Shown piece by piece: positions 39,801 through 50,542 of a stretch of DNA of 64,000 nt (positions are counted from its first letter, which is position 1; every line of letters begins with the position of its first letter). This stretch comes from Klebsormidium nitens. Lineage: Eukaryota; Plantae; Klebsormidiophyceae. The stretch spans positions 68,024 through 132,023 of the forward strand of contig DF237185.1 in the NCBI GenBank assembly GCA_000708835.1, given 5' to 3'. The notes beneath the pieces were generated by a model. The model had not been told where the DNA came from, searched no databases, and was given only the letters and a program-made list of their open reading frames with translations. Position numbers and translations under genes: made by a program.

Positions 39801-40755
39801 ACCAATCAACTGAGGCTGAATCGTGTCTGTAGCTTGTGAGGGTTGTGCAAACGGTGTCAGGCAGACATTTGGCTCAGCAAACTCGGTCTTGGTTGGAGCC
39901 CATAACGTAAGTTCAAGCGACGCACAGTGCAAGGAGCGTCTTACCGTGAGCTCTCTGGAACCAATAGCTTGGTATAAGATTGACAAGTCAGCATCATTCT
40001 GTCAAGCAATCTCAGAACTTGCTCCAAGAGAACTTCCTTGCCTTAGGAATCAGGTGCACTTGCGAACAGTGAGTATCCCCATCTTAAGTTCGCACAGATT
40101 GCTGAACAAGCGCTCGGACCAGCCACATTCAGCAGTCAACCGGTGGTGCAATGCTACAATGTGTAGGAAAGCGTGCAGCCGATCAGTCTACCCCTGTAAT
40201 TCTTTTCGTTTTTCTCTGCTTTCCTGATCGCATGGTCGCCGTCAAGACACCTTGCTTTACACGCAATGAGGACACAAAACCCAGCCAGACACTGCCGGGT
40301 TGCTCTCCAGTTGCTCTCCCCTACAGCCTTGAACAGCCAGCATTCCTGACAAACTCTCCAATCGTAACCCCCTCATCATACCCCAAACTTTCAGCTCAGG
40401 TTGCCGCCAATTTGAAAACCCTCAAGAACTTCAATCGCCTTACCTTTGACCTGTGGCTATCCAGGGCGTCGGCAAGATCCCTGTCGTGCAGCCAATCATC
40501 ATCTGAGATGGCAGCCGCCCGATTGTGCAGATTGGGCGGTAGCCTGGCCGCTGGATCCAGACTGGAAGGGGGAGCCCATTCGTGGTCTGCAGCAGGCGCC
40601 TCTAGCACATCCATTCGGGTGCTTTCTTCCAGAGGCCTTTCTGCTTCCGTCTGAGGCCCATCCTCTCTCACTACAGTTCCCTGTGACCCTTCAACCCCGC
40701 TCCAGGGCTCTTCCATGGGGGCATCTTCGAAAATGGGGTTCTGCTGAACCTCCAT
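27866..40755 (-). CDS. KUP: KUP/HAK/KT family potassium transporter, 15 exons (one interrupted by the assembly gap)
   Basis: Exons 40755-40444, 39658-39589, 39226-39201, 38967-38841, 38093-37836, 37328-37254, 36449-36280, 35443-35300, 34694-34508, 33710-33501, 32997-32846, 32060-31881, 30931-30743, (gap)-29060, 28618-28450 and 27976-27866. Motifs LAYKSIGIVYGDLGTSPMY, GEGGTFAIYSLLCR, GDGVLTPA, EGLFADLGHF, FPKMKVIHTS..VQGQIYIPNVNW, VARYGY and a C-terminal MVYEIK*. Confidence 0.93.
28820..29059 (-). repeat. Donor-side junction echo array, 3 copies of about 70 bp
   Basis: Copies of exon end plus CG|GTGAGAGT with GT at 28988, 28915 and 28846; the real donor is at 29058. Confidence 0.9.
29292..29692. 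other. Assembly gap (401 N) inside the KUP gene
   Basis: Run of N flanked by tandem repeat arrays; it hides the 5' part of the VARYGY exon. Confidence 0.99.
29693..30070 (-). repeat. Tandem array of about 130-bp units running into the gap
   Basis: Repeated units containing GTCGTAAAGAGGGTCCTGCCAC...TTGAGCAGGACA(T/C)CTC...GGGGTTGGGTTAA. Confidence 0.85.
30470..31330 (-). repeat. Echo arrays on both sides of KUP exon 30931-30743 (3 donor-side copies of about 81 bp; 4 acceptor-side copies of about 100 bp)
   Basis: Donor copies have GT at 30661, 30580 and 30499. Acceptor copies have AG at 31037, 31132, 31233 and 31322. Confidence 0.88.
36920..38830 (-). repeat. Junction echo arrays around KUP exons 4-6
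   Basis: Three copies of about 110 bp of exon 37328-37254 at 36920-37250. Two copies of about 156 bp of the GGTFAIYSLLCRY acceptor (AG at 38249 and 38406). Two copies of about 93 bp of the ANDMGE donor at 38640-38800. Confidence 0.88.
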
Positions 40756-43700
40756 TCTTCTCGCCTTGGTGGGGTTCCTTCAAAGGACTGCAATTGAGGC
40801 TAACCCTAATCGTTTTTGTCACCAGATTCTAACTGCAACAGCCAGGGTAACCTTTGCGACCTCCAAGTCCAAACGGTCTACGAGCAAGAGATGCAAAGTG
40901 CCAGCCTAGGGATAACAATGCTATGCCGGTGTGCAATGGGGGCCAACTCGCTTGGTTGTTGCATGCACCATTCCGGCAGCGCTACGGGCGCTTGCTCGAG
41001 TATACAACCTCGTCTCGCTCTGGTCTGGCGTCTACCCAGAGACACTAATAAACGCGACCCCTCCTGATCAGAGCTTCCTTGGCGCCTTCTCATTTGCTCA
41101 TCTAAGATTGATTGATCCCCCTACCACTGGCACATCCCCTGCCCCTGATTCTAAAGGCAATGCAGCCAGCATGAAGATCCAATATGAAACAAGATCAAGA
41201 TTCAATGATCAGTTGAATTGGGAAATTTGATCGACTCGCGTTTGGAAGATGGTTCAGGACTCTACTTGACTCTACTCGCACGCGAGACGCGCCTCAGGTT
41301 CAGGCAGGCAGGTCCCAATGTGCAAAAGCTGTGCACATGAGTATAAGCACTCCAGTTTGAATGCTTCTGCGCCGTCCATCGGCGGAATTTATGATATATC
41401 GACGGTTGCGGCAATGCTACCAGGCCGGCGAACAGATGACGTCACATGCAAGTGGTGCTCGCGAACCACAAATTGTCTTACAAATGCAGACTTGAGTACC
41501 GGTACTAGGTAGTACGTAGTACGGTAGGTACATGTTTCAACAGTACAATCTTGCACTACAGAGACTGAGCAGAAACTAATGAACGTAGTATGGCCAGTCA
41601 CTCGTTGAGTCCTACTGTGCACGTGGCAAGCTTCTGGCGCCATCACGATTCACGCGTCTACTTCTGACAACACCGATCATATTGTCAGATAGCGCACGCA
41701 GATGATATTTTCATCCCCATGCTCAGCTGCAACTTGCACTTCTACACTTCGGAATCCTTCAAAATCAAACACTTCCGAGTCAGACTGGCTTTCAGGCTGG
41801 CTTTTCAGAGTTCAGATTCCAAAATCAGTATGCGAGAAAACTTTGAATGCACTGATTCAAGATTTTGAGCTAGTGAGCTGGTAGGCAGCCTCAGATTGGC
41901 GACACTAGGCCAATAGGACTCAAGTCAGCTTGCAGCCGGGCTTGTGGCAGAGCGGAACGCTCCGCCAAGACGTTGCTAAGATCATCGATCAGCTTCCATG
42001 TATGTACAGCACAACCGGATTGAAGAGAACATTTGTAACCCGTATGCACCATTGGGGCACCATTGCAAATGCGTTCAAATCTGCTGGCTGGAAGTGCAAC
42101 TCACCTCGTGAGCATTTTACTCGCAACATTTGATCATTCTTCTTGAAACGTTAATGTTCTGATGAGCTAGCTGTATTAGTTGCCGCCGCCTCAAAATGTC
42201 TGCATTCAGAGTATTGCCTCCAAAACGAGCTCTGTCCTGTGTCTGTCCTACACAATCAGCACTCTCGGTCTGGCCATGTAAACGCGCTCTAAATCCATCT
42301 GGTACTTATTAGCTCGTTCGTCTCTTTTCAATCGGGTGGTAACTTAGCGCGTTCTGAGCCCGTTCTATTTTGAAACTCCGGCCTTTGTTCTTTGGTGGGC
42401 CGCTTTTCGGTGGTACTGCATCCGCGTGCCCTGCAGTCCTGTTGTATTGCAGATGGTTGACTGGCTGAGTGTGGGCAATGAACCTCGTGAAAGAGGAGAA
42501 GCACAGCAACGCGATATAACCACGAAGCAACGCGATATAACCACGAGACAACACAAACCACCTAATCCTTCTCACGAAAATTGAATCTTGACACTCAGAA
42601 CAAGGAGAACTACATAAAGGGGCCTAGGCTCTGAGCCATTTGCGTTTCTGGGACAATCAATTGAGTCTGGATCCCCCCTGGATCCCTATGGTAGATGGGA
42701 GACCAAACTTGACGGCCAGTTCCTGAGACCAACTCGTAGACATAGATGATTTTGCCAGAAAGACGAGGTGCCCTTCCGTACCTTGATGAGACGAGAGGGC
42801 TCTGAAGTTCCATCCAGGAACGATCCGTTTGTAGCTGCAACCCATCGAAACGCCCTTCTCACAGCTGGTTCAAAGCGGTCCTGATGCAACGGTGCCGTTT
42901 AAGGTGCCTCATAGACTCACTGTGTTGGCTGTGAAGCCTTCTAGCTTCCGGATCCGGGGCACTTGTAAGCCTGGCACAAGTTTAAGCGACAGCTGGCATC
43001 GGATTACCAGAAACAGCCCTTTGTTGTCGTGCGAATTCGGCAAGAGCTCGCTTCGAGGATGAAAAGCGTTTAGAGCGTGCTTTGTCTCAATCCGTTTGAC
43101 CCAATCTTGTGATGCGCTCCCTGGCAACCGGACATACTTTGGCCTCATTCATACATCATCGTTCTTTGTCGTCAGATCCTGGCAAGTCACAGGGTACTCT
43201 GCCTTTGGCTTCTGTTCTCTTTGCTTCTTTCCTTAGTGTGGGCGTAGGCCCGTTTGACCGACGGCATCATCTCAGCCCGCGTCGCTTTGTAGACCAATCA
43301 CAGGCCGGGGCGGCACCATCCGTCGTGTAAAGCCTTCCGATCAAGATTGCAAGCGCGCTTGCATGCTACGCCACTCCAGACAAGTTGTGTAGCCGACTCG
43401 TGTCAGAGCCTTTCGTGAAGCCCTTCTTCCCGGTCCGGTCGCACTGCATAGAGTCGTCCAGCATCGTTACTAGATGATGAGATGATTGTGCGCATTAAAT
43501 GCTCAAGCAAAGCTAGCTGCCCAAGTACAGAAGTTTCAAGAAGTGAAGAAGGACAATCTTGTTTGAAGTGTTTGAACAATCTTGCATGTTCGGAGCATAT
43601 TCCACATGCAGCACTTCGATCGGCCGGGCAGCCTTCATGCAAATGAAAACCATGAGTCCATGACATGAAAATAAGCCGGCGTGCCGACCATGGTGCCAAT

Positions 43701-46700
43701 GACGGTGCACTATGTAAGTAGTATAAGGCGCCCGCGAGTTCAAGCACCGTTACAGTGACTGCCTGCGGATATTGGCACTGAATACTGTAATCAACAATCA
43801 ACCGGACTGCCCAACCATCGCGTGACCGGGCCACCCGCGCTGCGATTACGCATGCGCAATTGATTGACTTGCTTGATCATTGATTTCTTTACTTGGCGGC
43901 CATGTCAAGCGAGCCGGGCCGGCCCGCAATAAATATCAACTTACGTACATGCGCTGAGCGGACCTTTGTGTGATACGACGATATGCTAATTAACTAATGA
44001 TAGGCCGAGGTATCTCGAACCGCGTTCGATCATTCGTTCTTATGCCTCAGATTGATGCTAGCTTCGATCGAGCCGACTAGATTTGCATATCATTCTGAGG
44101 CCGACAATTTGCCATTAGATGCAAACAAGATGAGCTGCCTGGCACGTATGCAGTATATGGGGCAATAACAGTACGTACTGAAAGCGGCAAGCACGGCGTT
44201 CCCGACTTACAACAACAAGTTGCAAGCAGCAGTTATAATCTGGATCTCATCTGAGCGGTAACGCAGATATGTCAATTTTGAAATCATTCATGCACTGAAA
44301 GCACGGCCACCAGAAGGTGACACCCACTGGATATCTGCATCATTGCGAGCATGTCAAAGTGTCAACTCAAAGGTTCTCAGCCTGTATCTTCCGACCCCAC
44401 CGGGAATATGACCAAATTATGTACATACGAGAGACAACGACCATTCGGCACCTCAAAACGGCTACTTCGAATTCTTCTTCATCTTCGCGCCCATCTTGGG
44501 AGGAGGAGGTGGGGGTTTGTCATGTGCGGGATCAGGTATGCGGGGCCGAGAGAAGGGGAAAGGCCAGTATGCAGGCCGTTGCTCCGGTTGTTGCCGGGGC
44601 GGCTGCGCTGCGACCAACTCCCCCGGTCTGTCGACGAATCTGCGAATAGAGCAACTCCGTTCGAGAAAGAAAAAAGGGAATGAAAGACTGAAGGAGATAA
44701 CAAATGAATATCGCCTGTGGCCAGACTCGAGAAAGGAATGATATTGCATAAGAACTGGCAATGAAGGTTGCACGTCGGTAGATGTAGAAGCGAATCGGTT
44801 TCGCGAACAATCATTGAGTGCCTAACCCAGCGTAGAATGATAGTCCCGGCCATTTAAGGGCGCCCTTCGGCAAACACATAAGTGTAGGTCAATCATCCTG
44901 GCTTTATCATTCTCCTATCTCTACTTCGCTTCCGCGGGTAACATTCAGGCTTTGCGTCGACGAGTCTCCTGCAAATCATCCGAACAACAAACCACGAGAG
45001 AGTCCACGACAGGATCAAAATTCGACGAAGGCGTGAGTACACGAGTCAGCTAGGAAGCAACCGAACATAGGGGAGTAAGATGGAGTCCACGAAACGAGCA
45101 CTACTCGAGGACAAGTCACCACCAGCAATATACGCAATCCGAATTGCCGGCTCTTGGCTCAGACCGGCATCACCTTCCCCTCGAAACAACCGGGGCACTG
45201 GAAGAGGACTCAGCAGCAGAAGCTTTGAAATTGGAAAACTGACAATGTCTCGTAACAAGAACGGAGGCAGGCGTGACAATTGTGGTTAGATAAAGCGGGG
45301 CTTACTCGATATAGGCCATCGGGGCTGAGTCTTTTCGGTCGCGCGTTTGCAGCACCCGCGTGTATCCCCCTTCTCGCTCCCTAAACAGGTTGGCGTCGGC
45401 AGGTCAGAGGATTCAACGAGCAAACTTGCTTTTTGGGTACTGTACCGGCATTTCATTTCGGCAAAAAGTAAAACACTATCTGCCCTGCCGAATGTTTTTA
45501 ACGAGTGCTATAAGAAGCGGGGAGGAGCTGCCGTCAAACAGAGCCGTCCAAGATCAAAACTCCTTGCAGTGCGAGATGAAAGACCCTAGAGATGAGCCGT
45601 CCGAAAACCAACGAAGGAAAGATTTGCGGTCCATTTCGTAACCCGTCGTCTCCTGCCGCCTGTCCTAAGCAAACGCTCTAGATTCGACGAGTGCATTGTT
45701 TGACTGTCGAGGGGTCCCCTTTGACCCCCAAAAACAAGGCTGTGAAACATGCTACTTTACAGGTCAGCAGCTCTTAGTTGGCAGCTCAGTACGCTGCTTA
45801 CTGTTTGAAACCGGAACGGCTTCCGTCTTCGATTGCAACAATCTCCTGATCAAGATAACGAGATCTCGCAAGTGATAACGTAGGATTTTATGATAGAAGA
45901 CAAACTTTCGTTCTTTCAACACCAGGACCAGCAGTCAACCTTGGACGGTGCCTAGGCAGTTCGTAAACTGATTTGAGCAACAGAAAGACGACCGATAGTG
46001 GAGGGTGAGCTCACTTGTATCTCTCAGCGAAGTCGTTGAACAGTTTGAAGACATGCTCGTCGCCCCTAACGACTGCCGCCGCTTGCCGCCGCGCGTGAAG
46101 GGTCCCCTGCGAGACAGGATCCTCTGATGTAGTTAAGATAAAGCTCAAGTTAAGATACGGACGAAGCAAATACCGGAGAGCCTAACCCGAAAAGTACACC
46201 TGCTCCACACCAGTGCCCCCTTAAAACCCAGACTAAACCCGACCTGTCCAAGGAAGAATGCCATATAAGAACGTGCCCTTGTGAAAGGTACTCAACAGTC
46301 TGATCTGCCAAAGCACGCCGGCCCGCCAATGACTGAAGTATTTCTCGGTCTAGGAAACAGTAAGCCCGGGAACCTTTTGAGTCGAATCAAGACCTCGTTC
46401 CTGGGGTTAATGTGTTCAGCAACCGTGCCCACCTAACCCCCTGGCTAACCACACCCATCGCCTACTTATCGGGACAATCGGAATTGTTACGGAATCGCTT
46501 GACATCGTTTGTCAGTACGCTCGACGCACCCGTACAATAAAGCGATGCCTACTGGGCGAAAGTTAACGAATCAATACACACTCGGACGACGGAACTGCTA
46601 CGAAGTAAATAGATTCGTTGTCTGTACACCAAACGGATTCCATATGTAAACCGATGCGTCCTGGGCGCAAGCTATCGAGCGGCGGGCCCAAACTGGGCCC

Positions 46701-49318
46701 AGCTGCTGGTGTTTCTACACACTTCCCCGTCCCAGTGAGAACCGGCGTTATCAGCAGATAAGACCGAGCTGGTGTCTTTGCTAGCCAGAAAGAAGGGTGC
46801 ATTTACCAAAATTGTGAAGAAGGCAAACTGCGAAGACCCCGGCCCAAGAGAGGGGCAGAAGAAAAAGAGATTGAAGTCCTCACTTCCTTTCCCAAGGTCA
46901 CCATGTTGTCTGCAACGCGACGAAGCTCTTTTGCCTGCACGAGTGTGTGCACTCATCAATCATTTTATTTTCACGGAGCTGGTTGACGTCAGCTTTAAGT
47001 CTACTGTACTGGGACTGTTTTCAACAATTGACAAGTTTTCTGCCGACGGTGACACTCGAAGATCAAGTGTATGTTCCTTGCACCCGTGCCAATTTTGACG
47101 CGCTGAGCCTACACCGCGTCTGGGTGATGGTGCAATCATTTGGCCTTGACGTCGGTAAATGTTTTTGACATCATTTGAGGAGATATTTACACATATCCAC
47201 ACTGTTTTATGTTTTGTAGCATTCAGTTGAACATCAAGACTTGAAACAGAGTCGTCCACTTGTTGATATGAAGGCAATCTCGACAGATTTGACCGGACCT
47301 GAGACCTCGTCCACAACGCAAAGTGCAACTAACCGCCCAAACCTGTATCCACTGTCTGTGATACTCAGCTGTTCTTGAACCATGAATTCCGCCGACTGCG
47401 GTCGACTGTGTCCGGGGCTGAAAGTTGTTTGTGATACACGAAATGTATAGCGCATGTTCCTTGAAGGTTTGTTTACAGCTCTTTGCAAGCAACCTGCCAG
47501 TTTTTAGATCAAGAGGGAAGCTTAAAAGTTAGTCGAAGTTAATTGACGCTACATGTTTTTAGACTTGACTTGGTCGTTTAACTTTTAGACTTCCCTCTCT
47601 ATTTAAAACCCGGCAGGATGCTTGGAAAGAGCTGTAAGCACAGGGTCAAAAGCCCCTTACCTTGGCCACCGTAGTCTCGATCCTCTCGTGTTCAATCAAT
47701 TGGGACACCATTGTCCTGCAGTCAAAGAAGTCTTCACTTTGTTCATTCCAAGCCAGGAATTGATTAAGCCAGAAGTCCTGGGTTTGGGAGTCCGTGTGAT
47801 GGTCGGCAAGTTAAACCTGGCCCCTGAGGTCATCAAATGTCTGGCGCCTTTCAGTTGACGCCCCCGGCGGCCTTACTCAAGAAACCAGTCCGAGCAGAAG
47901 TAGATTTTACCGGATGGCTGCAACAGGGTAAGCATGAGCATCCAAAAACCACTTGTGGACCAAAGGGGCTTCCAGCACAAACGAGGGAACAGCTCTCACG
48001 GTAAGACAAAGCAATGAATGACCAGGGGACAGCAAGCACCAGATTTTCGAAATTGACTCCCCAGACAAAATCAGATTTCTTAGAAATCCACTCTCTTTCT
48101 GCACCCTCTCTTGAGTGTGGGTTTCAGGGCATTCATTGATCAGATTCATAATGAGGTTGGGCGGATTGACTGGGCAGTCCTGACATGATCAGGTGTGAAG
48201 AGATTTGGTACAAAATGCTGGTGCAACAAGGAATAGTTCAGCTTACTAAGGAGAAAATATTGGGAAAGTGGATCGGTGCCACGTCTAATCTACCAACTTC
48301 AGCAACAATCATGATAGGCTCCACCAACTGTCATTCCCTTGTTGCACTTCCTTAGCAGACTCCTGAAAACTTAGATGAAGGAGCCGTCGTTTTGAGAGCG
48401 CTCCTTGAAAAATGCACAGCGCAACCTCAAAAGGCTCCTTAAGGGACGCACAGCATGCACCACTATAAGATCAAGCCCACTGAGGTCCAAGCGGATTTTC
48501 AGATTGTCTCTGACCATTCACTGGTGGAAGAGGGAGGATGAAAGAAAGAGCAGTTTGCAGCACTACTTTTATCTTATCTTCGCAACAAAGACCAGCGCTG
48601 AGCATGTGAAAGCTCCTCACCTGAGCAGCGCCCATCGATGACTGCTAGTGCGACCCAGCTTCCGGAAAGCATTCCTGTGATTGACCATTACCCCACACCT
48701 TACAAGCCCCAACAAAAGAAATGAGAGGTCTTTGTATGTCTTACTTCGAGCTATTTCAATTAAGTTGCAAAGTGGTCCAAACCCCTGTGGACTTTTCCAA
48801 GTACGTCAATCTGTCAACCAAGCCCTTGTCTCGCCACTGTCTTCTACGTCCGTAGTCCGCCTGCACCTTATGGTGCATTTGATTGAAGTGAATGGTCCGC
48901 TAGTGCAAAATGCTTCTAAGGGCGGCTCCCTAGCATCGAATGTGGCCCTCCAGTTGATTCAAGAGCTTGCAGATTTTGACAGAAAACCGAGATGGCGTCC
49001 ACTTATGACGAAGCGACAGCTTCAGACGTTCAAACCTCGCTGTCCTGAAACGAAGCAAGGGCCTTGGAGCTGCAAATTGTGCAGCCTCGTGCAGAGCTCT
49101 ATTAGTGGTGATAGCATCAAGGCAGCCCGCTGCTGAAGCCACAGACGTCAGCCCTCACCTCTCGAGCCCTCACCTCTCGACTCTTTCACTGTTCAGGAGT
49201 GTTCAGATTCCAAAAGTGCTGCACAGAAACTCAAGAACTTGAAGGCCGAAACGGAAAGTCGCCCGCTGTGAGACTCACGGAGGTATCCTGACTGACAGTG
49301 ACATAACCCACAGGTTAA

Positions 49319-49972
49319 CACTAGGACCGTAGCTAAGTGTGACCATATGGTAACGCTCATCTTTTTCAGATGTTACGGAAAAACCCTATGAAGATACCGG
49401 ATATAAGTGCTCACATTACTCCTGATGCTTCTAGGGGTTATGGTTGAAATAGTAAGTATGATAGGCAGGTTGAACTCCAAGGCCAGGTTCTTGCTGCCAG
49501 CACATTTCAATAAGAGGTCCCAAAACCCTAATATGAGGGGAAATAAGCGTGACCATATGGTCACGCTTAGGGAAAAGGGGTGGTTTTCATACCAAACCTA
49601 CACGGAAACTTTTCAACCTTGTCAGGGGCCCTTATTGGGTCATGTTCAACTTCCCTGAAACCTGAAACCTCCAAAAACCTCTGTGACGTCATCAGCCCAA
49701 GTTGCTAACAATGGTCAAACAGGAGACGTCAGGCTAGGGACCAGTTTGGGGCAAAAAACCCCTGTGAAACCCATGTTAGAATGTCGTCAGCTGGTTCTTT
49801 TTGACCAATGCCGTTCCGGGGTATGGTTAGGGAATACCTTAGGGTCAATGTTGACCAGCCATAGTCCAAGGGTTTGGGTTTTTGTATAAACCCACAGGGT
49901 TTTACCCAGTCAATACTTAAGCGTGACCATATGGTCACGCGTTACCATATGGTCACAGTTACGGTCCTAGTG
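49319..49972. mobile_element. Non-autonomous DNA transposon (MITE), TTAA target-site duplication, piggyBac-like
   Basis: TTAA at 49315-49318 and 49973-49976. Termini CACTAGGACCGTA...TACGGTCCTAGTG (13-bp perfect inverted repeat) continue imperfectly as TGTGACCATATGGTAACGC / GCGTTACCATATGGTCACA. No long ORF. Confidence 0.88.
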
Positions 49973-50542
49973 TTAAAGCAGACTGACTCAGCGTGAACCA
50001 AGGCCCAGGGGAAGTTGTTGCAGAAAACCAGCTCTGGAAAAGGTTCTCGGTGGTCTGCTCCCGACTGAACCTTCTGAGTTCGGTTTACACCTTGCATGAA
50101 GCTGGGGATCAACAGTTATTAGGTACCCGAATTTTCGGAAGTCTTCCCAGGTGCGCCTCACGTACCTCAACATGTTGCTGGCTGTCTACCCTACCCTTCT
50201 GTTCCAGATGGTGTTCCAGAATTGTTGAATGTGGTTGAACTTGAACTTGAAAGTTGAAGTTGTAGCTGCTGATTTTTGCGAAATTGCGTTTCGCTCTAAA
50301 AGTTGTGTTCTTGTCCAAGCTCTCTTATCGTTTGCTGATTGTTGGCGAATCCACTGCAGTCCATTGTCCCTGCTGCTGTTTCAAGTGCAGTCACCATAGC
50401 GCATATCTTTTGCAGCGCTTGTTTCATTCAAAGACGCGCAATCATTCAATCCTGCAAAACTGTTGCCCGGCCTTGACAAGTGTGAAGCCGTAGATCTGCC
50501 ACGCAATTCAGAGCTGTTGAATTGTAGGGTCCTTGAGCAGAG

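Noticed and set aside
27866-40755. KUP gene as a pseudogene (divergent motifs, no GTSPLY in the ORF track)
   Set aside because: All visible exons splice in frame once the 70-nt and 26-nt exons are found, and key acidic and Tyr residues are retained.
49319-49972. CACTA (En/Spm) classification of the MITE
   Set aside because: The ends read CACTA, but the flanking 3-mers (TAA / TTA) do not match as a TSD, whereas TTAA / TTAA does.
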